A stretch of DNA of 64,000 nucleotides from an uncultured virus (IMG/VR IMGVR_UViG_3300042465_005479) (Duplodnaviria; Heunggongvirae; Uroviricota; Caudoviricetes): the IMG/VR virus record IMGVR_UViG_3300042465_005479; one strand, written 5' to 3'. Shown one piece after another: positions 1-10,778 of the stretch. Both the position numbers and the translations under genes were made by a program. The notes beneath the pieces were generated by a model. It was not told the origin of the DNA. It worked only from the letters and a program-made list of their open reading frames with translations, and made no database searches. Within the stretch, counting starts at the first letter, position 1. Every line of letters starts with the position of its first letter.

Positions 1-228
1 CTTTGATTGAACAACACTATTAACCCCCATACTATCTAAGTTAATAGGGTTTGAGAATGCTCCTGTTGTAAAAGTTCTATTTGATTTTTCCTTAACTCCT
101 CTAGTGAACTCAAAATTTCCTTGCGTCAATCCACCCCCCGCAACAAGTTGGAATCCAACTAAATTATCGGAGAATGTACCTGCACCGGATGCTGTCTGTG
201 GTGGACACGTAAATTTTTCTATTGCCAT
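1..228 (-). CDS. 5' part of a hypothetical (probably virion) protein, truncated by the window edge
   Basis: Not in the ORF track. The ATG at 228 overlaps the TAA of the upstream gene (TAATG) and the frame is open to position 1: MAIEKFTCPPQTASGAGTFSDNLVGFQLVAGGG... Confidence 0.75.
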   Translation of the reverse strand, partial: MAIEKFTCPPQTASGAGTFSDNLVGFQLVAGGGLTQGNFEFTRGVKEKSNRTFTTGAFSNPINLDSMGVNSVVQSK

Positions 229-1136
229 TATTGGGTTATATTTGTAAAGTTTTTACTAAAATCTATGTTATTCCCTCTGTCTTGTCTAACTTCATATAAT
301 AACTCGTTAAATTGGTCTCTAATCTCATATAAGTTGTATTGTTTGTATATGTTATTAGCATTATCGTATAGTGTATACACACCATCATCAATAGATTTAG
401 TTTGATTACCATATAAAGCAATAGCCAATGTTGAGAAATCGTGTTCTCCAATTTCAATATCCAAAGTTATTGGATTAAAGAAAGTATTTGTTATAATAAC
501 ATTTTGATTTGGTTGACCAATATATGGTGTGGCGTTTGGCTTATTTGTTGGTGCCGAAGATGGTGTTAATGTACAAAACAATAAATTAGTGTTATTATCT
601 GTATATCGATATCTAATAGCCTTTTGAGATGAATTTGTTAAGTTTTGAACAACCGGTTCACAAAAGAATGATGAGGTAATAATTCTAAAGAAATTAGGTA
701 TCTTTGTCCCATCAGCATTTAGATATTCAATTCTAAAACCAACTAACCCTTGACTAACAAATTTGTTTCTATAAGTAGATGGAACAGAATTTAAATCAAA
801 AATTAATCCTTTAACATTAGGAAGTGCCGATAAAACACCACAATCTAATATTGTTGTTCTTATTTGAGCAGGTCTAATAAAAATCGTATAAATCCCAATT
901 TGATTAAATTGTTCAGCAGGTAATTTTAAATTATATAAACCACCTAATATCTCAATACCATTATTCACACCTGTAGTATCATTATTATAATAAGGTCTTA
1001 AAATAGACTTCGCATCCAATTTTGTTAAAACAAAATTATCTGTTTCATCTCTTGATGGAGTATAATTTAAAATTATCTCAACATCTTCCGGACTTACGTC
1101 AGCCGGTCTTATTGTCCCATATGTTCCTGTAGCCAT
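228..1136 (-). CDS. Hypothetical phage protein, probably structural
   Basis: 302-aa ORF tightly coupled to its neighbours in the baseplate-associated operon; no motif recognised. Confidence 0.6.
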   Translation of the reverse strand: MATGTYGTIRPADVSPEDVEIILNYTPSRDETDNFVLTKLDAKSILRPYYNNDTTGVNNGIEILGGLYNLKLPAEQFNQIGIYTIFIRPAQIRTTILDCGVLSALPNVKGLIFDLNSVPSTYRNKFVSQGLVGFRIEYLNADGTKIPNFFRIITSSFFCEPVVQNLTNSSQKAIRYRYTDNNTNLLFCTLTPSSAPTNKPNATPYIGQPNQNVIITNTFFNPITLDIEIGEHDFSTLAIALYGNQTKSIDDGVYTLYDNANNIYKQYNLYEIRDQFNELLYEVRQDRGNNIDFSKNFTNITQ

Positions 1137-1137
1137 A

Positions 1138-2334
1138 TTATATACTATTATTTACATTAAAAAATTTATATCCGTATTTGACTAAATCACCTACGTTGTC
1201 AACCTCACCCAATCTTTCAACTCTCTCAAGTGCTGAGTTCTTCCCTCGTTCTATAAATATGTTGGATTGTACTTCTGCTTCATCAATTATATTCATTAAT
1301 AAATCATTTTTTACTATTTTTTCACAAACTAACATATCAGAAGTTAAACCCGAAGATTTTACAACAAAAATTGTTGTCCCATTTGAATAATCATAGTAAT
1401 CAATATCATTAATTGTATAGGCGGTATATAAACCATTTGAACTTACTCCTGAATATTTACCAATCGTACCAGTATTACCCGTCACCCATTGATTAGGTAT
1501 ATATTGAGTCGTTCCATATTGTTTTAAATCACTTAACGATGACATTGTATATCCCGTTATTAAAAATGGAATTGATGTTATTGGGTTAAATAAATTAATA
1601 TCATTTAATGTTGCACCACAACTTGAATCTCCACTGAATATATAATCATACGATAATAACGTATTTGACCAATTACCACCCGCAGGTTTAAAATAAGCAA
1701 CCCCTTTAGGATTTGTTATTGTTACACCCGTGAATGGTGTGTTAACCGTTTTTGTTATTACATTTGTCCCCCAAGGGCTCATACCTGACATAGTGATTGT
1801 ATATGCCGTATTATTAGCATAATCATGGTACATTGATGTTGATGTTACCGCACTAACTTGCCCATCACCCCAATCAATCTTGTATGTAGAAAACTCCAAA
1901 TACTTTTTAAACTCAATATCCGATGTATTATAAACATAACACCTTTTTGAGTTTGAACTATTGCCCGAAAAGATAAAATTCGTCATAGTTTCTTGTTGTA
2001 ACACCATACCATCAAATACAGAATAATATCCTATGTCTGTCACAGTTTCTGTTAATAAAATTGGGATAGTTAATCCGGTTAATAAAGAAGTACCTGATTT
2101 GGTTGTCGCCGACGAAATATTAGTAGTGTTTGTACCTCCTGACAAGACTTCTGTCATTGACGAATAAATGTAAGATGCCCCCACTAAATCAATTTTAAAG
2201 GTTTCTGCAGGAATAATACAACACTTATTAACAATACCTGACCCCGTTATAGTTCCAGCATTATAATTAACTTTAAAAATGTCTCCACTAATAAATTCCG
2301 GTGATATTTTAATATGATAATCTCTTTCTGTCAT
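1138..2334 (-). CDS. Putative virion protein with a PKD/Ig-like module
   Basis: 398 aa, Thr/Ser/Gly-rich; YKIDWGDG...HDY....YTITM resembles the PKD signature. Confidence 0.5.
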   Translation of the reverse strand: MTERDYHIKISPEFISGDIFKVNYNAGTITGSGIVNKCCIIPAETFKIDLVGASYIYSSMTEVLSGGTNTTNISSATTKSGTSLLTGLTIPILLTETVTDIGYYSVFDGMVLQQETMTNFIFSGNSSNSKRCYVYNTSDIEFKKYLEFSTYKIDWGDGQVSAVTSTSMYHDYANNTAYTITMSGMSPWGTNVITKTVNTPFTGVTITNPKGVAYFKPAGGNWSNTLLSYDYIFSGDSSCGATLNDINLFNPITSIPFLITGYTMSSLSDLKQYGTTQYIPNQWVTGNTGTIGKYSGVSSNGLYTAYTINDIDYYDYSNGTTIFVVKSSGLTSDMLVCEKIVKNDLLMNIIDEAEVQSNIFIERGKNSALERVERLGEVDNVGDLVKYGYKFFNVNNSI

Positions 2335-2335
2335 A

Positions 2336-3184
2336 TTATGGATTTATATATTCATACCATTTTATTGGAACTGATGTTCCTCTTCTTACACTATTATCCC
2401 AAACTTCATATGTTTTTTCATTATAATTTAACCTTACCTCATAATAAAAATAAATCTCAGGGTCAAACATAAATTTTGATGTAATATTACTTTGTGGTGT
2501 ATTTGTCATTTTAACAAAAACACCCAATCTAGCATCAAAAAATTTTGCTGTCATATAAAATTTACTAATGTCTAAGAATTTTTTATTTCTTAACCAATAT
2601 AGAAAGAACCCTTCTTTGTCACCCACATAATCTAACTTAAATGATGGTATTTTAATTTGAACTGAAGGTTTATACGAACTCACAACTTCTGTTACCGTAA
2701 ACCCTTGTTGCACAGGTAATATCACTGTAAAATAATTAGTTTGAGTGATAGTATCTTTACTATCATAAAAATCCAATTTAAAGAAAGATTTAGTAAATGG
2801 TTTTACATAATAATATATTTCACTTATGGTAAATCCTTCCGGAACATAACTAGTCACCCAATAACTTGACGGAGCAGTTGTTACTAACGAAGATGGATTA
2901 ACAGGAACCGTTGGAACTAAATTACCATTTGAATCCAACTGTAAGTCACTAAAAAAATGAAAATCGTATTTAATATCCGTTTTTGTATCACTACTATACG
3001 GTGCGTGAGCAAATCTTAATACTTCAAAATCCCCCGGAAATCCAACAATATCCTCAACAACATTTTGTTGATATTCTTCAACGGCATCACCTTGCCCAAG
3101 AAAATCCCATTTAATTTCAATCGGTATATTGATATATTTGTCGTCACCTTTTGGTAAGGTAAATTTATAACTGTTATTATTCAC
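2336..3184 (-). CDS. Hypothetical phage protein
   Basis: The track starts at 3214; an in-frame GTG at 3184 overlapping the upstream stop (3177-3179) is the more likely start. Confidence 0.55.
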   Translation of the reverse strand: MNNNSYKFTLPKGDDKYINIPIEIKWDFLGQGDAVEEYQQNVVEDIVGFPGDFEVLRFAHAPYSSDTKTDIKYDFHFFSDLQLDSNGNLVPTVPVNPSSLVTTAPSSYWVTSYVPEGFTISEIYYYVKPFTKSFFKLDFYDSKDTITQTNYFTVILPVQQGFTVTEVVSSYKPSVQIKIPSFKLDYVGDKEGFFLYWLRNKKFLDISKFYMTAKFFDARLGVFVKMTNTPQSNITSKFMFDPEIYFYYEVRLNYNEKTYEVWDNSVRRGTSVPIKWYEYINP

Positions 3185-5054
3185 AATCGTCTTTTGTTGG
3201 TTGAGCAGCTCCATAAAGAGTTGCGTAATTATTTAAAGTACTTTCTATATAATTAGTTCCTTCCGGTATTATTCTAAAAATAAAATTTTCATATGGATAA
3301 TGTTTTCCATTTAAAAATGGATAATCAACACCATTACCGAGACCATCATTAAAACCATAGGTATATAAATCTCTCCAAATAAATGAATTGTATGTTGTTG
3401 AAAAATATGAGTAATCCGGAACACCCACCATATTGTTAATGCTACCTGTTTCTATATAATCAGAAAACCCTCTTATTTTCATTCGTCTATTTGGTTTGTA
3501 GTAATAACCAAATTGATTATTATTCATATCTACCAAACTCATATCAAACACATCAGTATTAAATGTAAACTTATGATACATTTCAGAAATAACTCTTTCT
3601 TTTTGTTCATAATCATTCCACTCACAGTAATTACCATTTATTGTGTCACCACTTTTAAGTGATTTAAGATATGTGAAATCAATATTTATTCCATTCACAT
3701 TACCACCATAAGGTGTGTTATAATACCCCGTTGGATATGCGTTATTATTTGAATCCACAAAATTTGATTCTACCGTATCCACATCCCACCAAGTTTGTGG
3801 GTTATTAAACTGAGTATCCGGTGGTAAATTAAAATCAAACCCCTGTTTTAATCCCACATCATTACCATTACTATCAACACCCCCAAAAGTTAATCCAAAA
3901 TACCCTTTCCAAATTGTTGTAATATATAACTCACTAATTGGTCGTTTTTGATTGTCACGCAACTCACTAACATCAATATCTTTATTAAACGATAAAGTAT
4001 ATGATTGAGCATTTTCTTTAATTGAAACTCTCTTTACATTATTTGGTGTATAAACAGGACTTTCAAATTTCTTTTTAGTCCCAAATATATTTTTTTCAAA
4101 CCCGGCATTAACTAAAACAGCGTCATTAACATCTGTAATTATTTTATGTTGAATCACATAATATTTGGATGTAGTATCATTAGGGTTTTCATAATTTATA
4201 ACTCTTTTAAATGTTCCTGTAGTTTGGTCATCCACAAAAATTGAAGACCCGTATCCGATATTAAATATGTTAAAGATATACTCATTAGTTCCCGGCAAAC
4301 CGTCTCCAAAAGAAAATACTTGATATGTATTAACATACCCATTATTTAATTTTATTTTTACAAATTCAGATTCCGATAATCCGTGTTTAACGGGACATCT
4401 AAATTGAATTATAGGGTTCCCTCCCTCCATAATATCATTACCGTCATTATCCTTACTATTAATTATAAAAGGAATCCCATCAACAGCATTCCAAACAAAA
4501 GTAGGAACATTAGACCCGGTACCATCATAAAAATTCATAACCTTATCTATGTTCTTATATGGATAACTAACAAAATGATTCCAATTATAGGTTGAAGCAC
4601 TTCTAGCGACAAAATCAACGTGAACCTGTGGTTGTCCATTTGGAATTGTTGATGGTATTGGAACCGTGTATCCCGAAACATTGTAATCACTTCTAATAAA
4701 ATCAAACTCATCATATTGGGGAAATCCTTCCCAACTTACTGAGGTAGACAACGCCCCACATTGTCTTAAAGTTAACGCAGTTTCATTAATGTAATATAAA
4801 TTATTTTCTAATGGTTCATAATTTGTTGAACCCGTATATGAGTTATTAAATAACACTTGAAACTTACAAACCGGTCTAAATGTTGTCGATTTTTGCCTTT
4901 CATCGTTAAATATTTGAACTAAATTAACATCAATACTCCTATCAAATTCTTCAAGATTTTTTGTGTTTTGAACCAATGGTGTTGGTATCGATAAATTAGT
5001 GTCCGTCGACGTTTTATACCTTAACGACCCTAATACTATTCTTATATCATCCAT
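3177..5054 (-). CDS. Hypothetical phage protein, probably structural
   Basis: 625-aa ORF, Asn/Tyr-rich, in the same operon. Confidence 0.55.
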   Translation of the reverse strand: MDDIRIVLGSLRYKTSTDTNLSIPTPLVQNTKNLEEFDRSIDVNLVQIFNDERQKSTTFRPVCKFQVLFNNSYTGSTNYEPLENNLYYINETALTLRQCGALSTSVSWEGFPQYDEFDFIRSDYNVSGYTVPIPSTIPNGQPQVHVDFVARSASTYNWNHFVSYPYKNIDKVMNFYDGTGSNVPTFVWNAVDGIPFIINSKDNDGNDIMEGGNPIIQFRCPVKHGLSESEFVKIKLNNGYVNTYQVFSFGDGLPGTNEYIFNIFNIGYGSSIFVDDQTTGTFKRVINYENPNDTTSKYYVIQHKIITDVNDAVLVNAGFEKNIFGTKKKFESPVYTPNNVKRVSIKENAQSYTLSFNKDIDVSELRDNQKRPISELYITTIWKGYFGLTFGGVDSNGNDVGLKQGFDFNLPPDTQFNNPQTWWDVDTVESNFVDSNNNAYPTGYYNTPYGGNVNGINIDFTYLKSLKSGDTINGNYCEWNDYEQKERVISEMYHKFTFNTDVFDMSLVDMNNNQFGYYYKPNRRMKIRGFSDYIETGSINNMVGVPDYSYFSTTYNSFIWRDLYTYGFNDGLGNGVDYPFLNGKHYPYENFIFRIIPEGTNYIESTLNNYATLYGAAQPTKDDCE

Positions 5055-5055
5055 C

Positions 5056-8000
5056 TTAATTTATAACGTTACTAGTGTTTATCCATTTTGTTCTAAATCT
5101 ATCAAATGCCGACGCTCCTCTTCTAAGTCCAAAATAAAAGTGAAATGGCGCTCCGACAGTAATCAAATCTGTTTCAGGAGTATTTTGACTCCAATATTGT
5201 GGTTTTGCAGTTATTGAGTTATTTTGGTAAGTTGGTAAACTATTCCCATTAGTGACTGCGTATATGTAACCTTTAAAAAAGTCATTTTGTGACTGATTAG
5301 TAGTTCTAAAATATCTAGATACCGGTAATAACCTATCCAAAGATTGATATTTTGAAGAAAAAATTGTTTGAAAATCCCAATCATTTGATTCACCACCAAA
5401 AATACTTCCCGCATGCTCACCACCACCATCAATTCTCCATTGTGATAATGGAACTTCTTGAGAATAAACTGTAAAATTATTAAATGTACAAATACTTGAT
5501 GTTGTCCCTGTTGGATTTATTATTGTTCTTTTTGGTGAAACATAATCTCTAATTTGAGTATCCGATGAAAAGAATATTCCCAAAGAATTCTTACAATCAA
5601 AGAAAATAGGGTTTTGAATACCAGGGTCAACCAATGCTGTTCCTGTACCTGTTCCGGGACCTGTTGCGATAAATGTTGTTGTTCCCGCAACGTATCCCGG
5701 AGGTGCTCCAATCGACGTAAAATCTGTTGGGTTAGAAGCCGTTCCACCCGACAAAATTTTATATCGAATACCTGTTACAAAACCACCCGCACCTACCGTT
5801 GTTGGTGCATCAGGATAATTCGACGATTGGAATGCTGCAACACCTAATTCAGAATTAATTGAAATTAATTGAGAGTAATCAGCATCAATTAAATATTTCC
5901 CTTTTCTACTATTTTGAAAATACGCAAATATGTTAAACGCCCCTAACAAATTATTTAAAAAGTTATTATCCATAAATCTACTTATAATAAATAAATTAAG
6001 GATTTCATCAACGTGAGAATACGTTGAACTTGTTAACTTATTAACCAAGTATCCGTCATACTCGTCAGACATCACCAATTCTTGTAAAAAGTCCGCTCTA
6101 GGACCCAAATCCATAATTGTTGTTGGATACTTTAGGTCAGCACTAAATTCACCTGAATTGGAGTCATAAGGTGAACATCTATAATAAAAACTTCTAGATG
6201 GATTATGATACATAATAACACTATTACATTTCTTTCCTTGCGGAAAGTTTGGTGGATTTGATGTTGGAGAACTAAACCCACTAATCTCATTTTTAAATGG
6301 AAAAGCATATAATACTCCATTCACCCAATTATTATTAAATCTGTGAGAAAACACATTTCTACACGCACCAAGCATCACCATATTTCGAGCAATCCATTCA
6401 AACATTAATTCCCAATCTCTAAATAAAGAAATAAATATTGTTGTAATAAAGACATAACATCCACCCACAAAAATCGTTTCACCCTCATATTGGAGACAAT
6501 CACCACCTCTCGGTCTTACGAATATAGTACTATTTACAGGACTTGGAGTACAACCATAACAGTCCAAATTAACGGAACCAGCACAGGTAAAAGTGTTTAT
6601 AACTCGATTTATTTTTGGAGAACCAACTAAATCTTCCCTAACATCATCTAAAGACCCGTTACCAAAAGACCCTGTTGACCCCGCTATTGAATTTATCCCG
6701 ATTACACCTGTCGAAGGTATTAAATACAACGTTAATTTACTGTTTTTTTGTAAAACACGTCCATTACAACAGTATTCCTCAACAACAGTCCCTGTCGGTA
6801 ATCTATCGCCTCTCATAACAATTTGATTATTACTAGCACCAGAATAAGAACCAACCCTACCTAATGTAAAATTCATAGTATTTCCCGTACTATAGATTGG
6901 TGAATAATAATACGTTAAAACTCGAGTTGGAGGAAATCGATAATCACCGTACTGATACCAATATGGAGTATCGGATGGGTCGAAATTAAGGGAAATTCTT
7001 AAATATTGAATGTCCATGAGCATCATTGATGCTCCCTCAACAATCTCATTAGGAATATATCCTTCAGTCCTACCTGTCACATTATAGACACTTGGATTAT
7101 CTGGAGTAGGTACCTGCATATAACAGTAACCATTAAAATCCCTTATCATCCCATAAGGAGTGTATGTATACGCTTTAGTAAAATCATTATTTAAACTTAT
7201 TCGTAAACCAAATGGTGAAGAACTTGCACCATTACTTACGGTAGGTGTATTCGGATAAGCTCCATTTGATAGTGAATCATCACTTGTTTGAGTTGTCCCA
7301 CGTAAAGGTTGTGCGTTTTTACAACTTGGTGCGTAAAATAGTGAACGATTATCTAAGTTAGAATAATAACTAATTAAGTTTGAATTAAACCCTGAGAATC
7401 TAGATGTCATTTGCGTCCAAGTAGACGCTGTCACTCCCTGAGTATAACCTGTAACAAATTGCCAAGTTTCTTTTTGATTAGGACAATAAGAAAATGAGTT
7501 AAAATATAAATTTTGTCCAATAGCGTACCCTGTTTCAGTATTAATATTTCCACCTACCGTTGGTTGGATTCCACCTACCCAAGTAGCCCCTGTCACATAA
7601 TTTGGTGTGCTACCAGTTGGTAATGGTGTCCAAGCAGGTAATGGTGTTGTAACCGCCCTTTCATTACCATCGTGACTAATATTTAAAAATTTACCCTGAA
7701 TCGGAATATTCATTCTATAGTAACCACTAATCTCAACATCACTTTCATTTTGATGTCCAAAAAGTTTACCAATACCATATTTAATTGGTATTTTACTGGT
7801 ATATGGGTCAACACCTCTATTTAATATCACAACAACGTTTTCATTACGGTTTCTAACATAATTCATCGAATCATACTTTTGAACTCCAAAAGGTATTGGG
7901 TCTGGATGTGTGTTACCATTAGGTCGATAATAACAATTTGGGTTAAAAATAGTACCCGTCCAATCCCGTCTTCCTCCATTAATAGTTGAGAACAATTGAA

Positions 8001-10710
8001 ACAAAGTCGACTCATTTCTGAAGTATTTTTTATTTAATGAATTAGGTAAAGTATTTACACATTGACCACTAAAATTACTGTATGTCATAGCAGTAATAAC
8101 TTGGAAATATTCTATATCAATAGGGAATTTATGGGTATTTGTAGTTGTTTTTGCACTATATGGACCAGCATCATCAAATACTCTAACATCATAAGTAGTT
8201 GATAACATACTACTAATACCGTTAGGATGTGCGTAATTAACTGTCACCGTTGTATCACCTGTATATGTTGTTCCTGTAATTGCGTTGTTATTAAATATAT
8301 TTTTAATACCTCCCGTTAAATTTGGGTCTTTACTAAAAGTCGGATTTTGAAAAGCCAACATTTCTCCCGCAACTAATCTTCTAGCAGTTGATTTATCACA
8401 TAATATTACAATAGTATTATCTTTATGAAATTTACCCGGATTACGTGCTTCGTCAAAAGTAACATTAATTCTATTAACACCACCTCCCGGATTAGTTGTA
8501 CCACTATTAAAATATTTCGCTTTAACATTAAATAAGTTAATTCTATCCGCCATTGGTAATGCGTTAGTAAACCAATCATACGCAAAAGATGTACTATCAC
8601 CCCCTTCACCCACAGCAATAACCTCACTTTGTAAGTAAGGTGCTCCAATAGTGGATGACCCATATTGATTATCAAATTGATACCCCGCAAAATCATTAGC
8701 AAAAATAACTTTTCTTTGACCCGGAAACCCATTTGGATTTGTCTCAGCATTAAAGGATGGTAATTTAAACGTTGCAAAGGTAGATAATGGAACACTTATT
8801 AAACCAGCATTTAATGGTGATATTGGTTTAGGGTCTGACGATATTGTTGGACACGGTACTAATTCATTTTCTTCATCCTCATCATTACCATCCGGGTCAG
8901 GGTTTTCATTAACACTTTGTCCTTGTTCACAAGAACAAAGGTCACAATCCGGATATGTTAATATAGGAACTTTTATCCCTTTTAAGTCAAGTTTCCATAA
9001 CAGCCTTAAAATATACGCCAAAAGAAGTCCTAATATTATATATATAACTATCATAGCCAAATACCCCGCAATCATCCCTAAAGCATATGGAACACAACCA
9101 AGAATCAATATCCCGTAGTTAATAATACTAATAGCACACCAAACAATTAATCCAGGTATAACTATAAGCCTTAATAACCACACAACAAAATATAAAATGT
9201 GCATCACCAATATTAACGCAAAGAATACCGGTGTAAGTATTATACTGAAAAACATAAAAATTATGTATAGTATGTCAAACCTAAAATTACCATCATTTGT
9301 TGGAAATTTATTATTTTCAGTTTCACAAGATTCCTCTAAGATATTTTTAATACCGACATACCTTTCACTTCCGCTACCCCCTCTATGATTATATATAAAT
9401 TCTGATACAGTATAAACTTTATTATACTGCATTATGTAAAACTTATCATCACAATTTATAGCGTCTTGAATCATTTGAGTATTTCCATAATCATTCCAAT
9501 CAACGCTAAAAGCATACGATTCAAATTGATTGGAACTATATTCTCTAATATTTGGTACTAAAAAATAAGCTCTTTTAGTAAGGTCTGATAATGATGGTGA
9601 TTGAGACCATTTTACTTTAAATCTATATTTTGCTTTAGTTGGGATACCAACCTCAGGGTCATTTGAAAGAACTTGTTCTCCAAACTCATTGGTTACATAG
9701 TAATCCATATTCATTGGGACATCTACCAACCAAGTTCCGTTTTCATCAATAACTTTACCACCCCCCTCTAAACTAAAATTTTCAAGAATAGGTAACCCGT
9801 TAGAATCTTGTTGTATTGTTTGTCTAATCGCCAATATTTCACCGGGACCCGTAGTTAAACTACATTGATACCCCGACCTGTTAGTTGGTTTACAATTAGA
9901 CTTTAATGCGTTAGTATCTGAGTCAGAAATTATAGAACCCATAAAAATAGATGTTGGTCGAATATCAACATTCGCCTCACTACTTAAATCAAAATCTGTT
10001 CTTGTTATACCTAAATTACAAATTTCAGGTTGTCCCCATAATGGTTCAACCTCAATACTTCTATTTACCGATACAATTTGTGGTAATTCTCTTAAATTAT
10101 TTGATGATTTAAAATTTGTTCCGGATACTTGAGCTTCTGTTGCAAGACCCATTCTAATCAAATCTTGAGGTGATAATGAAAATTCTCCAATGTCAGACAA
10201 ATCAACATCTAAAACAATTAGATGAGCACCAACAGGAACCCCAAAAATCATATAATCACCACTATCGTTTGTAACCGCATTATATTTATAATACTTGTCG
10301 TAAACTTCAATTAAAGTTGGGTTAGTTAAAACATCCGTTCTAGTGAAAAATGTCCCGGTAGGAACGTGAGCACTATATGATGGTTTATAGGGTAGTAAAT
10401 TATATCTATAACCATCATCATTATTATCTAACAATGATTTATACGGATATAACTCAGAAATAATTGGGTCAGCTTGGTCTTTACTATCTAAAGGTATGAA
10501 GATAGATACTTTGGCATTTGGAACACCAAATCCATTATTAACACTAACACGTCCAACAATAACACCATAATCAGCACATTGTCTAGTATAGATGTCTGTT
10601 TGTAATATTTTTAAGGATAATATTTCTAAATGTTCGAACTCTTGGTCAATTAATACTTTAACTGAAGTGTCAACACCGACCTTTGTTCTTATTCTATAAG
10701 ATTTTGACAT
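5056..10710 (-). CDS. Large putative virion protein with an N-terminal carboxypeptidase-regulatory-like beta-sandwich and an internal multi-pass hydrophobic segment
   Basis: 1884 aa. N-terminal GVIVGRVSVNNGFGVPNAKVSIF...TNDSGDYMIFGVPVG; hydrophobic stretch of about 95 aa near residues 480-575; lies downstream of the baseplate wedge genes. Confidence 0.55.
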   Translation of the reverse strand: MSKSYRIRTKVGVDTSVKVLIDQEFEHLEILSLKILQTDIYTRQCADYGVIVGRVSVNNGFGVPNAKVSIFIPLDSKDQADPIISELYPYKSLLDNNDDGYRYNLLPYKPSYSAHVPTGTFFTRTDVLTNPTLIEVYDKYYKYNAVTNDSGDYMIFGVPVGAHLIVLDVDLSDIGEFSLSPQDLIRMGLATEAQVSGTNFKSSNNLRELPQIVSVNRSIEVEPLWGQPEICNLGITRTDFDLSSEANVDIRPTSIFMGSIISDSDTNALKSNCKPTNRSGYQCSLTTGPGEILAIRQTIQQDSNGLPILENFSLEGGGKVIDENGTWLVDVPMNMDYYVTNEFGEQVLSNDPEVGIPTKAKYRFKVKWSQSPSLSDLTKRAYFLVPNIREYSSNQFESYAFSVDWNDYGNTQMIQDAINCDDKFYIMQYNKVYTVSEFIYNHRGGSGSERYVGIKNILEESCETENNKFPTNDGNFRFDILYIIFMFFSIILTPVFFALILVMHILYFVVWLLRLIVIPGLIVWCAISIINYGILILGCVPYALGMIAGYLAMIVIYIILGLLLAYILRLLWKLDLKGIKVPILTYPDCDLCSCEQGQSVNENPDPDGNDEDEENELVPCPTISSDPKPISPLNAGLISVPLSTFATFKLPSFNAETNPNGFPGQRKVIFANDFAGYQFDNQYGSSTIGAPYLQSEVIAVGEGGDSTSFAYDWFTNALPMADRINLFNVKAKYFNSGTTNPGGGVNRINVTFDEARNPGKFHKDNTIVILCDKSTARRLVAGEMLAFQNPTFSKDPNLTGGIKNIFNNNAITGTTYTGDTTVTVNYAHPNGISSMLSTTYDVRVFDDAGPYSAKTTTNTHKFPIDIEYFQVITAMTYSNFSGQCVNTLPNSLNKKYFRNESTLFQLFSTINGGRRDWTGTIFNPNCYYRPNGNTHPDPIPFGVQKYDSMNYVRNRNENVVVILNRGVDPYTSKIPIKYGIGKLFGHQNESDVEISGYYRMNIPIQGKFLNISHDGNERAVTTPLPAWTPLPTGSTPNYVTGATWVGGIQPTVGGNINTETGYAIGQNLYFNSFSYCPNQKETWQFVTGYTQGVTASTWTQMTSRFSGFNSNLISYYSNLDNRSLFYAPSCKNAQPLRGTTQTSDDSLSNGAYPNTPTVSNGASSSPFGLRISLNNDFTKAYTYTPYGMIRDFNGYCYMQVPTPDNPSVYNVTGRTEGYIPNEIVEGASMMLMDIQYLRISLNFDPSDTPYWYQYGDYRFPPTRVLTYYYSPIYSTGNTMNFTLGRVGSYSGASNNQIVMRGDRLPTGTVVEEYCCNGRVLQKNSKLTLYLIPSTGVIGINSIAGSTGSFGNGSLDDVREDLVGSPKINRVINTFTCAGSVNLDCYGCTPSPVNSTIFVRPRGGDCLQYEGETIFVGGCYVFITTIFISLFRDWELMFEWIARNMVMLGACRNVFSHRFNNNWVNGVLYAFPFKNEISGFSSPTSNPPNFPQGKKCNSVIMYHNPSRSFYYRCSPYDSNSGEFSADLKYPTTIMDLGPRADFLQELVMSDEYDGYLVNKLTSSTYSHVDEILNLFIISRFMDNNFLNNLLGAFNIFAYFQNSRKGKYLIDADYSQLISINSELGVAAFQSSNYPDAPTTVGAGGFVTGIRYKILSGGTASNPTDFTSIGAPPGYVAGTTTFIATGPGTGTGTALVDPGIQNPIFFDCKNSLGIFFSSDTQIRDYVSPKRTIINPTGTTSSICTFNNFTVYSQEVPLSQWRIDGGGEHAGSIFGGESNDWDFQTIFSSKYQSLDRLLPVSRYFRTTNQSQNDFFKGYIYAVTNGNSLPTYQNNSITAKPQYWSQNTPETDLITVGAPFHFYFGLRRGASAFDRFRTKWINTSNVIN

Positions 10711-10778
10711 TTTTATCTTTTTTAATAAATAGTTTATATACCATTTTTAAAAGATAAAACATTTTTTTTGAAAATAAA

